Of a stretch of DNA of 64,000 nucleotides, positions 28,248-37,914 are shown in pieces; positions within the stretch are counted from its first letter, which is position 1; each line of letters starts with the position of its first letter. The DNA is taken from IMG/VR virus record IMGVR_UViG_3300032295_003840, positions 1 through 64,000 of that record; one strand, 5' to 3'. The stretch comes from a virus. Its lineage: Duplodnaviria; Caudoviricetes. The notes below the pieces were generated by a model that saw only the letters and a list, made by a program, of their open reading frames with translations, did no database searches and had not been told where the DNA came from. Position numbers and translations under genes: made by a program.

Positions 28248-28580
28248 TCATGCAGCCTTGCGTGCTGCAGCTGTCACAGCAGGCTTGCTGGTAATTTTAG
28301 TCTTGGCTACCTTGGCCTTGGGCACCTTGGGAGCCTTCTTGGCAACGGTTGCCTCCAGTACTGCCTTGTAGTCAGCATTGCCGCTAAACTCAGGCAGGGT
28401 CAGCAGATATGCTGGCAACTCATCCCGATCCATGGGGCGGGGCAGAGCAACATAGAAGTTATGCTCATTGCCAGCCTTGACCTGGCGCACCATGGTATCT
28501 TCGATGCTCAGAGTCGAGTAACGAACCTTGAAGGTGCCTTTGCTGTTCTGGCTAACGCCACCGGTTACAAACTTAGTCAT
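28248..28580 (-). CDS. Hypothetical early protein with basic tail
   Basis: ORF downstream of a consensus promoter with AAGGAG RBS. Confidence 0.7.
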   Translation of the reverse strand: MTKFVTGGVSQNSKGTFKVRYSTLSIEDTMVRQVKAGNEHNFYVALPRPMDRDELPAYLLTLPEFSGNADYKAVLEATVAKKAPKVPKAKVAKTKITSKPAVTAAARKAA

Positions 28581-28626
28581 ATTTCACTCCTTGTGTGATG
28601 TGTGTGATAACGATACTACAACTTCC

Positions 28627-28655
28627 ATTATAGAGCCTTTCGGCTCTGCTGTCAA
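28627..28655 (-). promoter_or_regulatory. Early promoter
   Basis: TTGACA-17-TATAAT, perfect consensus. Confidence 0.85.
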
Positions 28656-28873
28656 GCACTCAATTCACCGTTTTGGAGAATCAAGTCGCCGTTCAGATAC
28701 TCTCGTTCTGCCATCTCTAGCTTGAAGAGATTTTCTGAATCCCTGTCGATAAGCTCGAAACCAATTCGATCCATGAGCTTCTGAAGCTCGGCGCTGGATA
28801 CAACGTCTAGATGATCTAGAATGGTCTGCATGCTATCCTGAATATCTGTATTCATTTGTTTCACCTTGCCCAT
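28652..28873 (-). CDS. Hypothetical protein
   Basis: MGKVK start with AAGGAG RBS. Confidence 0.6.
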   Translation of the reverse strand: MGKVKQMNTDIQDSMQTILDHLDVVSSAELQKLMDRIGFELIDRDSENLFKLEMAEREYLNGDLILQNGELSA

Positions 28874-28882
28874 GATATCTCC

Positions 28883-29017
28883 TTACTTGGAATAATCAAT
28901 CCAACCGCCCAGACGATGCAGGTCGCGACCCGCGCCCGATACTGCGCCACCCATGGTACCGCAGGCTGTGACCAGACTCAGCAAAGTTACTACGGTCAAA
29001 ATCTTAATCATCTTCAT
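28883..29017 (-). CDS. Entericidin EcnA/B-like small lipoprotein
   Basis: Not in ORF track: MKMIKILTVVTLLSLVTACGTMGGAVSGAGRDLHRLGGWIDYSK; lipobox VTAC then G-x-G-x-D. Confidence 0.65.
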   Translation of the reverse strand: MKMIKILTVVTLLSLVTACGTMGGAVSGAGRDLHRLGGWIDYSK

Positions 29018-29256
29018 ACTGCCTCCATTGCCATTTGATAAGCCTTGCGGCTCAGTTGTTCACGAATTTCCTCACGTCGTGCCTTGGGCAACTCCATGAG
29101 CATGTCTACCACCAGACTCTCAAGATAGCCCGAACTGTAGCTATGACCGCCGAACCTCTTGTATGATACATCTACAAACTCTCTGAGCAGGGATCGTGTG
29201 CCGTGGCACTCGTTCCTGAACAAATCCAATTTTTCTGCTGCTGTCAACCTAGCCAT
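29014..29256 (-). CDS. Hypothetical early protein
   Basis: ORF coupled to neighbours; SYSSGYLES. Confidence 0.6.
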   Translation of the reverse strand: MARLTAAEKLDLFRNECHGTRSLLREFVDVSYKRFGGHSYSSGYLESLVVDMLMELPKARREEIREQLSRKAYQMAMEAV

Positions 29257-29537
29257 TATGCAATCTCCTTACCATCAGAACTAACCAAAACCATTTCTTC
29301 GCTTTCACGTCGATCCATCATCTCTGACAAAATAAACTTGGCAATGTTCATCTGCTTACGGACGCTCTCACGAACGGTCTCTTTGTCACCAGCCATTGCC
29401 AGCAGTTCTTGGCAATCACTCATGATACTCATCACCACCATTTCTAGACCGCTGAATCTTGCTGTAAGCGACTCCATATACACAGCCCGAATATTGTCTT
29501 GGGTCATACCATAGCAGTTCTTTTCGAATTCAGTCAT
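29256..29537 (-). CDS. Hypothetical early protein
   Basis: MTEFEKNCYG..MSIMSDCQE..RKQMNIAKF; GAAAGGA RBS. Confidence 0.7.
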   Translation of the reverse strand: MTEFEKNCYGMTQDNIRAVYMESLTARFSGLEMVVMSIMSDCQELLAMAGDKETVRESVRKQMNIAKFILSEMMDRRESEEMVLVSSDGKEIA

Positions 29538-29567
29538 TTCATTTCCTTTCTCATTCATCATACTACC

Positions 29568-29595
29568 ATTATAGCATCACGATTCGAATTGTCAA
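29568..29595 (-). promoter_or_regulatory. Early promoter
   Basis: TTGACA-16-TATAAT. Confidence 0.8.
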
Positions 29596-29646
29596 GCACT
29601 TTCAGCACCATTAGCATTTTAATAATTAATTAGCATTTTGCTAACC

Positions 29647-29883
29647 CTAGATCTGCTGCATTTCTGAGGCGCCCCGATCCTGCAGCAGCCTGCCCCCGCG
29701 CTCGGCCCGACACTTGAGTACGTGTATCATGCCGTCGGGCAAGCCCTGTTTGATGCGATCGAACAGGGCATCCACTGTGGTGCCCTGACCCAGGAATTGA
29801 TTGGTTTCTTCTTCCCAGGCATAGAGCCCGCCCTGTATTTCTTCTACATAGATGCGGACAACGTTGATGTCTGGCTCTCTCAA
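29647..29883 (-). CDS. Hypothetical protein
   Basis: LYAWEEETNQFLGQG. Confidence 0.55.
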   Translation of the reverse strand: MREPDINVVRIYVEEIQGGLYAWEEETNQFLGQGTTVDALFDRIKQGLPDGMIHVLKCRAERGGRLLQDRGASEMQQI

Positions 29884-30183
29884 TTACATGCTCCAATAGG
29901 TTTCTGAGGATGGGCTGCAGAAGTGCGGAGTGTCATAGCGCTCGGCATATTCTTGACCACTGATCATGTTTTTCTTAACGACCCAGGTCTCGAACACCTG
30001 AGTAATAAATCCAGCTTCCTGCAAGCTCTGGGCCACGGTGCTGATGTGATCCCGAGTAGTAGGAGCAAAGTCTCGGACCTCTACGAAGCGCAGGCCTTTT
30101 TTATTCTTGCCATAGCGTTCGTCTTTCTTGATACGCTTGTCGGCTTTGTAGATTTCGACGGTGAAGTGATTGAGCTTTGACAT
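29884..30183 (-). CDS. Hypothetical early protein
   Basis: EIYKADKR..ERYDTPHFCSPSSETYWSM. Confidence 0.7.
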   Translation of the reverse strand: MSKLNHFTVEIYKADKRIKKDERYGKNKKGLRFVEVRDFAPTTRDHISTVAQSLQEAGFITQVFETWVVKKNMISGQEYAERYDTPHFCSPSSETYWSM

Positions 30184-30214
30184 TTCGGTTTCCTTTCTCA
30201 TTTAACGTACCACC

Positions 30215-30243
30215 ATTATAGCACCATTTCAACCGTTTGTCAA
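30215..30243 (-). promoter_or_regulatory. Early promoter
   Basis: TTGACA-17-TATAAT. Confidence 0.85.
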
Positions 30244-30392
30244 GCCCCGAAAAACTTCAATGAAATCAATGACTTAGCGTCACGTTTCTTGTTGGGAACC
30301 ACACGCTGACGGTATTTCGGAGTCAGCAGATCGCGTGCAACGGGGTCGCGACGTCTGGGCTTTTTATCTATTATTTTTTTGCTAACCTTCAT
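30240..30392 (-). CDS. Small basic protein (RDPVARDLLTPKYRQRVV; ArfA-reminiscent)
   Basis: 50-aa K/R-rich ORF. Confidence 0.5.
   Translation of the reverse strand: MKVSKKIIDKKPRRRDPVARDLLTPKYRQRVVPNKKRDAKSLISLKFFGA
30243..30277. repeat. 35-bp dispersed repeat copy 1 containing IHF-consensus site
   Basis: AGCCCCGAAAAACTTCAATGAAATCAATGACTTAG; 32/35 identical to reverse complement of 57322-57356. Confidence 0.8.
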
Positions 30393-30396
30393 GATC

Positions 30397-30615
30397 TTAG
30401 ACGAACTGATTGGTTTCTGCAGCCAGCATTTTAATGGCACGACTTGCAGCCTCTTGGCTGTTGGTGAAGGCGTAGTCGTCGCTCAGACTATTGAAGCCTG
30501 CATAGCGTTCCCAGACACCGTCGCGCATGACTTCCACGACAATGTCTGCAGCATGGTCAAAAGGACTGCCCATGTTCACAATGCGCACCTTACCCAAATC
30601 CTTTGTTACTCTCAT
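30397..30615 (-). CDS. Hypothetical early protein
   Basis: AAGGAG RBS; FNSLSDDYAFT. Confidence 0.65.
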   Translation of the reverse strand: MRVTKDLGKVRIVNMGSPFDHAADIVVEVMRDGVWERYAGFNSLSDDYAFTNSQEAASRAIKMLAAETNQFV

Positions 30616-30625
30616 ATTATTCTCC

Positions 30626-30814
30626 TTAGTTAGACTGATAAAATTCATCTTCGGCATAGGCCAGAATTTCTTCTACCTGGCTGTGAAGTTCTTTTTCCTC
30701 AGAATCGTAATAGGAAAAAGTTGGATCTGGATTATTCTCATAATACTCCCAGAGAACACCCCGAAGAAGATCTATTTGTTTGGCGGTTAATGAAATATTA
30801 ACAGTTTTAGACAT
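30626..30814 (-). CDS. Hypothetical acidic early protein
   Basis: ORF after promoter cassette. Confidence 0.6.
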   Translation of the reverse strand: MSKTVNISLTAKQIDLLRGVLWEYYENNPDPTFSYYDSEEKELHSQVEEILAYAEDEFYQSN

Positions 30815-30845
30815 TTCGGTTCCTTTCTCATTCATCATAACAGCC

Positions 30846-30873
30846 ATTATAGACGAACGATCCAAAATGTCAA
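30846..30873 (-). promoter_or_regulatory. Early promoter
   Basis: TTGACA-16-TATAAT. Confidence 0.8.
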
Positions 30874-30892
30874 GCCCCTGCTAAGTCATTGA

Positions 30893-31558
30893 TTATATTG
30901 AAGTTTTCGTCTGAACCAAGGGGATCCACTGGTAGGTTTTCTTGAGCAGACGATGACGAACGTCGCTCCAGTCTTCGCTGTACTTGAAGGCGTCGCGGTA
31001 GTGGTTCCAGCTCCAGAGTTTACGGCGACGATTGATGGTGCGCAGGACCTGGTAGGGGTCTGTGGTGGGATAGTGATGCAGTATTTCCAGAGCTATGTCA
31101 TGAGCATAGGCTTCGATCTCATCCAGCTCGGCCAGATAGTCCATGTGCTCTTTGTCAGACTTCTCACCAGCCTTGATGTCATAGTACAAAGTGGACCCAC
31201 CATTCTCTATGGCCTGACGATGACTGTACTGGCATTTATGTATGAGCTCGTGCTGCACAACCTGGCTCAGCAGGAAGCTAAAGTTGCGCCAGTTCTTCTT
31301 GGTAAAATTGAAGCAACGATTGCCTTCATTGAAGTGCAGCACAATGTCTATGGGCTGACGCTTCTTCTGAAAGTCGTAGAGACCGCTGCAGATGAAGTCT
31401 GGACGAGTCAGGGTTTCGTCGGGTATGAGATAGACTCTGATGCCAAAGGGTTTGAGTGCTGACTGCACCAATTCCAGTACCTGCTCCAGGGGAACACTGC
31501 CCCGCAGCTCGTCCCGCAGGGCAGCAATTCTTCGGTTGATACGCGGTGCCAAATACAT
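30893..31558 (-). CDS. HExxH zincin-like protein
   Basis: VVQHELIHKCQY...EIEAYA; late promoter TATAAATA at 31576-31583. Confidence 0.65.
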   Translation of the reverse strand: MYLAPRINRRIAALRDELRGSVPLEQVLELVQSALKPFGIRVYLIPDETLTRPDFICSGLYDFQKKRQPIDIVLHFNEGNRCFNFTKKNWRNFSFLLSQVVQHELIHKCQYSHRQAIENGGSTLYYDIKAGEKSDKEHMDYLAELDEIEAYAHDIALEILHHYPTTDPYQVLRTINRRRKLWSWNHYRDAFKYSEDWSDVRHRLLKKTYQWIPLVQTKTSI

Positions 31559-31578
31559 ATCGTCCCCCTTTGTACTAT

Positions 31579-32958
31579 TTATATTTTGATAGAGCTGAAG
31601 TCTCGGTTAAGTTTACGATTGTTGATCTTGTAGTCTTCGTCGGGTTCCTGTCCGCTTTCGCTGATGTCACGCTGAGCCCGGGCTTCTACATCATAGAGCT
31701 TCATTTTAGCTCGATCAATGCCTATGACAAACTTACGATTCGATGTGGGGTCATTGTAGCGATTCTTCAACTGTTTCACCAGTATTTGATTCAGGCTTTC
31801 CAGCTCTTCGGTGCTGATCAGAGCAAACATCAAATCTGCTGTGGCTGGCAAACCAAAACTCTCTGATGTGTCGGTAAGTTCGACATCGGTATTACCATAG
31901 CCGCTGCGGGTAGTCTGAGTAGCAGTCAGAATAGGAACTGCATGCTCCACGGCCAGTCCACGCAACTCTTCGGCTATGGCCTTGATGTACATGTAGCTGT
32001 TGGCCGCCTGGGCATTTTTAAATCTGCTGCTGGCACAGATGTTCAGATAGTCAATCATGATGATGTCAGGACGGAAGGTCTGCTTCAGGGACAGCTCATT
32101 GAGCAGACTCTTGAAGTGACCAGCATGAGCCGATGCAGTTGGATACTCCTTGATGATAAGTCTACCCTCGGTCTTGTCCTTGATTCTCTGTATGCGATTG
32201 TCGAACATCTGGCGCGGCAAGTCGGCCAGCTGATCTATGGGAATATTCATCAGGTTGGCATCAATACGTTCAGCGATGCGTTCCTCGGCCATCTCCATGG
32301 TAATGTATAAGACATTCTTGCCCTGACTCAGACAGCTGGCTGCCACATGACACATGAACAAACTCTTGCCCACACCAGTGCCAGCCAAGGCCACATTCAG
32401 AGTCTTGTTGGGCAACCCGCCGTTGGTAATCTTGTTGAACATTTCTAAATCAAAGGCAATGCGATGTTCTACCTTGTGATAGAATTCATAGCGATCCGCA
32501 AAGTCGCCCAGATAGTCATGGCCAATGCTGTTGTCGAACGCCACGGCCAGAGCATCCTGCAGCAAACTGGGCAGGGCATCGGCACTGTGATTTTTATCAC
32601 GTCCATCGATGATTTCAATGCTCTTCAGGATGGCATTGTAGATAGCTCGATCACGACACCACTTTTCAGTTTCGTTTCTGAGCCAGTCCAGATTGGCATC
32701 CTCGGGCACCAGGTCACGCACAATTTCTGCAGCCTCGCGAAAACTTTCTTCTTTGAGATTGGTCTTCTGCAGGGCTATGTCCAGAGCCTCGGTGCTGGGA
32801 CAGACATTATACTCGTCGATGAACTTCTTGATGCAGTCAAAGATAGTGCGCTCAGCGGCCGAACTGAAGTATTCAGTCTTTAAAAAAGGAAAAACCTGTC
32901 GCATGTATTGCTCGTCATGCACCAGGTTTCTCAATATGGTCTTTTCAATTCTATTCAT
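31579..32958 (-). CDS. Replicative DnaB-like helicase (T4 gp41)
   Basis: LAGTGVGKS, ITMEMAEE, IDYLNIC, SESFGLPATAD, KQLKNRY. Confidence 0.97.
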   Translation of the reverse strand: MNRIEKTILRNLVHDEQYMRQVFPFLKTEYFSSAAERTIFDCIKKFIDEYNVCPSTEALDIALQKTNLKEESFREAAEIVRDLVPEDANLDWLRNETEKWCRDRAIYNAILKSIEIIDGRDKNHSADALPSLLQDALAVAFDNSIGHDYLGDFADRYEFYHKVEHRIAFDLEMFNKITNGGLPNKTLNVALAGTGVGKSLFMCHVAASCLSQGKNVLYITMEMAEERIAERIDANLMNIPIDQLADLPRQMFDNRIQRIKDKTEGRLIIKEYPTASAHAGHFKSLLNELSLKQTFRPDIIMIDYLNICASSRFKNAQAANSYMYIKAIAEELRGLAVEHAVPILTATQTTRSGYGNTDVELTDTSESFGLPATADLMFALISTEELESLNQILVKQLKNRYNDPTSNRKFVIGIDRAKMKLYDVEARAQRDISESGQEPDEDYKINNRKLNRDFSSIKI

Positions 32959-33296
32959 TCAATTTCCAGATATTCTTTGATTACAGCTACGATTATAGTT
33001 TTACTTTCCTCGGAAGTCAATTCCTCCACAGCGATGTCTCCGGTGTGTATGAGGTCATAGTTAAACTCCAGTCTGACGCTGTCGTCACTGGTGGGAATAA
33101 CGCCCAACTGTGTAGGGCGGAACACCACACCACACAGAGGGCCTTCTAGAATTTCCAGATTGCGATCACCGAAGTCGGTAATGAGCTCGCACCAACTAGG
33201 CGCCTGCGGCTTCGTACTCGTCTTGGATATCGTCCATGGCCAGATCCTGGTTAAGGTTGCTAGAACTGATTCGATAAGATTCTTCAATGTATTCAC
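32955..33296 (-). CDS. Hypothetical protein at T4 gp40 position
   Basis: ORF between uvsX and helicase; start uncertain because it overlaps uvsX. Confidence 0.5.
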   Translation of the reverse strand: MNTLKNLIESVLATLTRIWPWTISKTSTKPQAPSWCELITDFGDRNLEILEGPLCGVVFRPTQLGVIPTSDDSVRLEFNYDLIHTGDIAVEELTSEESKTIIVAVIKEYLEIE

Positions 33297-34254
33297 GGAA
33301 CTCCTTGCTACTTAGGATTGGCAACCAGAACTCTTTGCTATAAGTATCCTTGAGACGGTATTTCTTTTCTTCGCCCTTGTGGCTGTACCATCCGTTGCTG
33401 GGTTTGACAACAAAGCCGCCTGCCTGGGCAACGTCAAGCAAACCGCTCCATTTACTGATACCTCCATCGAAGGTGACTTCAACAGGTATGCGACTTTTTT
33501 CTCGAACATAGCGACTCTTCTCCACATTGATGATGAAATTATAGCCTACCAGTTCTTGTCCTTCTTTTTCTTGCTGGCGTCCAATGATGTAGATGTTGTC
33601 GGCTGAATAGTAGATACCAGTGCCGCCACTGACCACATCTTTAGGAAATAGTCCTACTTCTTTGTAGGTATGATTCACAACAATCATGGGAATGTCTTTG
33701 ATGGTCAGATGCGGCGTAACCATGCGGAACAGACTCTTGAGCTGCTTGGCTCGAGTCATGTCGGCTACACTCTTGCCTTCCAGAGCATCTTCTACCTCTT
33801 TCTTACTGGCCAGGTTGCCCACACTGTCCACAATGACAATGACATGATCGCCGCGTTCAATGTTGGCCAACTGTGCCATGCTGTCATGCTTCAGCTGTTC
33901 TATGTCAGTGATAGGGGTGTGAAGTACTCGGCTGGTATCGATCCCGAAACTATCAAAATAAGACTGAGGACTGCCAAACTCACTATCATAAAAAAGTACA
34001 ACAGCGTCTTCATATTTGTCCATGTAACTCTTGGCCAGCATCAGAGCAAAGGCCGTTTTAAAATGCTTACTGGGTCCAGCGAACACAGTAAGGCCAGGTG
34101 CCAGACCACCGTCCAGACGACCACTCAGCGCCACATTGATCATGGGCACGGGAGTCTGGATCAGATCCTTGGCATTGAAAAATTTACTTTCCTGCAGTAT
34201 TGCAGTGTCTTTGATGGTACTGTTCTTCTGTAGCTTATTTAATAGATTACTCAT
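33196..34254 (-). CDS. uvsX: RecA-like recombinase
   Basis: AGPSKHFKT, YDSEFG, DSVGNLASKKE, SGGTGIYYSAD. Confidence 0.97.
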   Translation of the reverse strand: MSNLLNKLQKNSTIKDTAILQESKFFNAKDLIQTPVPMINVALSGRLDGGLAPGLTVFAGPSKHFKTAFALMLAKSYMDKYEDAVVLFYDSEFGSPQSYFDSFGIDTSRVLHTPITDIEQLKHDSMAQLANIERGDHVIVIVDSVGNLASKKEVEDALEGKSVADMTRAKQLKSLFRMVTPHLTIKDIPMIVVNHTYKEVGLFPKDVVSGGTGIYYSADNIYIIGRQQEKEGQELVGYNFIINVEKSRYVREKSRIPVEVTFDGGISKWSGLLDVAQAGGFVVKPSNGWYSHKGEEKKYRLKDTYSKEFWLPILSSKEFREYIEESYRISSSNLNQDLAMDDIQDEYEAAGA

Positions 34255-34432
34255 CTTCCGCTCCTTTAAATTCAAACCAGGCGCATATCTCATTCATGAC
34301 TGCGTTTTCAATTTCGTGTTCCATTTGTTCTTGAGTTGGAGTATCAGTATGCTTGTATGCTCGATTCATTCCATAACGTACTCCATCGGCAATACATCGA
34401 TCCAACAATTCATAGCTTTTTGGTATTAGCAT
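34247..34432 (-). CDS. Hypothetical protein
   Basis: GVRYGMNRAYKHTDTP..EICAWFEF. Confidence 0.6.
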   Translation of the reverse strand: MLIPKSYELLDRCIADGVRYGMNRAYKHTDTPTQEQMEHEIENAVMNEICAWFEFKGAEDE

Positions 34433-34570
34433 TTTTTGCACTCTTTTCAAGTCGTTCCAAAATTTTATCCTGCTTCTTGTCTTCCCAGGTACGAATATCC
34501 TTGTCGGGCGACATGCTGCCAACCAGACGATGATTCCACCAACTATTGGTCTTATAACTTGTTTTCTTTT

Positions 34571-37033
34571 TCACGAAAACAAATCCTCCAGTGTAGCCTG
34601 TGGCGAACTATTCCATCCCAGACTTTCGATGATACCATTGAGCGGTTCAATAAAACTCTTCTCCCACATTGTATCATAGTCTACATACTTTGTCAATGCC
34701 AATTCGGCTGGCAGGTCACCGATAAAGGCTATGCAGTTTTCTTTGATGGGATTGGGAGTATGCAGGTAAATGAATTTGATCTTCTCACCTTCCTGTATGG
34801 CCTGATAGCGTTGATCCAGACCACGTTCCTTGATATAGTAGTTGTAGAGCAGGGCGCCGCGTACATGCATGGGAGTGCCCTTGGCATAGATGTCGCTGCG
34901 ACTGGTATACTTGGTCAGATTGTTGACACCGCGCGGGAACGCAATTTCTCCAGCCGAGAGTCGTGTATATCTATCTTTCTGTTCGTTAATGTAGGCCTGA
35001 AGACTTTGCTCATCCTTGGTGATGGCAATCTTGACCGCCTCTTTAAGTAGCGAGCGACATACCTCTGGAGTCGATGACCTGACAATTTCGAGCCCCATGA
35101 CTTTAAGTTTTGGTTCGGCATACTGTACTCCCTCATTGTTCAAGACATTGAGTGCATAGCGTTTCTTGGCCACCCAGATGCCACGTGTGGCTATGGCTTC
35201 ACGCTTGAAGAAAATCTTCTGTTCATAGGCTTGGGTATAGTCAGCCAGGTCGCCACAGGCTCTATTGATGGCGGCTGTGATCTTTTCTTCACAGATCTGA
35301 TCCAGGATCTTCACAATCTCATCCTGCGATTTATTGGCATAGAACTTCTTGACCAGGGGATCTAATGTGATATAACAGCTATCAGTATCACTATAAAAAC
35401 TATATTTAAAATCCTTGGTGCCGCAGATCTTGTTCAGGTATTCATCCAGAGCTCTGCCAACTGTGCGAATGATATACTGGCCAGTGAGCGTAATACCCTC
35501 GGCAATGCGGTCGTCAAAGTATCGGAAATAATAGTTGGCCCAGGCACCATACAAACTGTTCAACTGAATCTTACGAGCCATCTGAAAGTTATTGTACTTG
35601 GATATGGCATTGAGATACTTTTTGTCCTTGGTCTCTTCATACTGACGCTGTGCTTCTAGCATGAGCTTTTTATAGTCCTGACGATCCTGAAATAGCTTGG
35701 CCACAATTTCAGGAAACAATCCTTTTTTATCGCTGCGGAAGTAATAGCCATTGGCACTCATGCAATGATCAATGGCCACAGATTTGTCCAACAGACGATC
35801 CACCTTGGCTGGCATATCAGCGCCATGCTCCAGATCATTGGTCTCGGTCATTAGAGTTTCTGGACTCATGTTGTACTGCATGATGATGGATGGATACAGT
35901 GATGTGGCATCAAAGCTCACCACCCAGTCATACTGACCTGGTCGAGGATCCTGCACAAAGGCACCAACAATGCTGCGGTCTGGACGACTATTGTCACGTG
36001 GATGCACTACAATGTTCTGGTCCCACAGATGGTTATAAAGAATGCAATCCCAGATTCGTACTGCACTGAACACGTCGCCAAAATTACACTTGGCATCGAA
36101 TGCCATGGTAATGGCCAGCTCTATAAGCTTCATCTTGTCTTCCAGCTGACTTACACGCTCCACGTCAATGCGGTTATACTCTACAAAGCGCGGCCAGTCA
36201 TTGGTATAGAACTCTTTGAAGGTGTCATAGGGATTGTCCAGTTTACCAACGCCGAGTTCTACTCGACAGATATGATCTAGCTTGTAGCTCTCCTGTGCAT
36301 TGTAGGTAAACTTTTTATACAGGTCCAGATAGTCCAGCTGAGTCACACCAGCTATCTCATAGGCTGGTAGAACTTTGTCGGCCATCTGAATATCGCGACG
36401 GCGTACATTGCGCCAGGGGCTCAGCTGTTTGACCACATCTTGGCCTAGAACACGCTGGATGCGATGCACCAGATAAGGAACGTCAAACAACCCAATATTC
36501 CAGCCAGTGATAACATCTGGACAACGATGTACCCAATCAGTAACAAATTGTCGGAGCATGTCCTGTTCGGAAGCGTAATCGCGGACACTATATGTTGTAA
36601 TATCTTTGGTAGCATAGTTCTGCATACTGATCAGCAGTATGCCTTCGTTGGCAGTTTCGATGTCGGGAAATCCTGACTCGGTTTCAGTCTCAATGTCAAT
36701 GCTGCGAATGTCGATGTTGGTCATATCAAAGTCAACATGACCAACATAGTTTTCTGTGATGTACTGATACTGCCAGTTGGTGTTGCCGTGGATGCGCATA
36801 TTGCTGACACCGTCATAGTTCTTGATGAACTCGCGGGCATCGGCTACGTCACCGAATTCGATGCATTCCAGGGGTTCGTCGAACAGATTGCGATAAGTGG
36901 CTGCGCCGGGCTTCTTGCTGGGAACGAACAAACGGGGCTTGAATGGGACTCGCGATTCGAATCTGCGATCGCCGTTGATGCCGCGGACACATATCGAATT
37001 GCCTACAACTGCAACATTGGTATAAAATTTCAT
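34571..37033 (-). CDS. Family B DNA polymerase (T4 gp43)
   Basis: SIDIET exonuclease, SFDATSLYPSII, KIQLNSLYG, YSDTDS, KKRY. Confidence 0.98.
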   Translation of the reverse strand: MKFYTNVAVVGNSICVRGINGDRRFESRVPFKPRLFVPSKKPGAATYRNLFDEPLECIEFGDVADAREFIKNYDGVSNMRIHGNTNWQYQYITENYVGHVDFDMTNIDIRSIDIETETESGFPDIETANEGILLISMQNYATKDITTYSVRDYASEQDMLRQFVTDWVHRCPDVITGWNIGLFDVPYLVHRIQRVLGQDVVKQLSPWRNVRRRDIQMADKVLPAYEIAGVTQLDYLDLYKKFTYNAQESYKLDHICRVELGVGKLDNPYDTFKEFYTNDWPRFVEYNRIDVERVSQLEDKMKLIELAITMAFDAKCNFGDVFSAVRIWDCILYNHLWDQNIVVHPRDNSRPDRSIVGAFVQDPRPGQYDWVVSFDATSLYPSIIMQYNMSPETLMTETNDLEHGADMPAKVDRLLDKSVAIDHCMSANGYYFRSDKKGLFPEIVAKLFQDRQDYKKLMLEAQRQYEETKDKKYLNAISKYNNFQMARKIQLNSLYGAWANYYFRYFDDRIAEGITLTGQYIIRTVGRALDEYLNKICGTKDFKYSFYSDTDSCYITLDPLVKKFYANKSQDEIVKILDQICEEKITAAINRACGDLADYTQAYEQKIFFKREAIATRGIWVAKKRYALNVLNNEGVQYAEPKLKVMGLEIVRSSTPEVCRSLLKEAVKIAITKDEQSLQAYINEQKDRYTRLSAGEIAFPRGVNNLTKYTSRSDIYAKGTPMHVRGALLYNYYIKERGLDQRYQAIQEGEKIKFIYLHTPNPIKENCIAFIGDLPAELALTKYVDYDTMWEKSFIEPLNGIIESLGWNSSPQATLEDLFS

Positions 37034-37055
37034 GAAATCCTTGAAGAAATACAAT

Positions 37056-37063
37056 GATAAATA
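37056..37063 (+). promoter_or_regulatory. Late-type promoter for + strand island
   Basis: GATAAATA. Confidence 0.5.
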
Positions 37064-37080
37064 TCACGGGGTACGTGTCC

Positions 37081-37109
37081 ATTGTATATTAAGTACCCGT
37101 GAATGTCAA
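37081..37109 (-). promoter_or_regulatory. sigma70-type promoter for DNA polymerase
   Basis: TTGACA-17-TACAAT. Confidence 0.75.
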
Positions 37110-37140
37110 TAACTATAACAAAAGACATCAATCGGACTAA

Positions 37141-37914
37141 ATGGATCCAGTAACACTGTTTGCTCTGGCCAATGGGGCGGTAAAGCTTTGCAAAGAAGGC
37201 TGCAAACTCTACAAAGACATCAAAGGCGCTGCTGGGGATGTCAAGGATGTTCTCAAGGATCTTGACGACCAATTTAATAACAAATTTCGAGACCGCACCC
37301 CATCTGTTGCTGAGAAGAATCAGTATATACAGGAAAAGAATCGAGTCATTGAGCTCAACAAGCGCAATGGCGAGGTGCATAGTATATATCAGGACATAGG
37401 CAATCACCTGGGTACTTACTTCGATAATTATCACAAGTGCTTTGCCGTTTTTGAAGAAGAAGAACGTCGCAGCAAAAATGAAGTCTACACTGGCGAAGAT
37501 AGTCTGGGCAAACGCGCACTACAGCGTGTATTGATGAAGAAGCAGTTGGAACAGATGGGCACCGAACTGCGTGAAATCTTGGTGTACAATAGCCCACCAG
37601 AACTAGGCGCACTGTGGACTGAAGTCAATGACATGATGTTGGTCATGGGCAAGGAACAGAAACTGGCCATGATACGACAAATGCGCCGCCAGGCCGAACA
37701 AGCCAAGATTACGCGCAGAAATCGTAAGAAGTTTCTGTACAAGATTACCTGCTGGAGTCTGGTGAGTATTTTTATAGCAACCATTGTGCTGATGTTTAGT
37801 TTAGTAATACAATATAGAATAGAACGATACCCTGAGCTGGGTAATTGTATACCACCCAAGGGCAGCTGGATGTACAGAAAATGGACCAGTCTGGTCTGGG
37901 CCGAGTGCGAATGA
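37141..37914 (+). CDS. Hypothetical helical protein with C-terminal TM
   Basis: MDPVTLFALAN start; TM near C-terminus. Confidence 0.7.
   Translation: MDPVTLFALANGAVKLCKEGCKLYKDIKGAAGDVKDVLKDLDDQFNNKFRDRTPSVAEKNQYIQEKNRVIELNKRNGEVHSIYQDIGNHLGTYFDNYHKCFAVFEEEERRSKNEVYTGEDSLGKRALQRVLMKKQLEQMGTELREILVYNSPPELGALWTEVNDMMLVMGKEQKLAMIRQMRRQAEQAKITRRNRKKFLYKITCWSLVSIFIATIVLMFSLVIQYRIERYPELGNCIPPKGSWMYRKWTSLVWAECE

Noticed and set aside
222-36676. Many + strand ORFs antisense to real genes (e.g. 14352-14942, 20317-21024, 33670-34233)
   Set aside because: Shadow ORFs from codon bias; no motifs or RBS, and fully overlapped by recognisable minus-strand genes.
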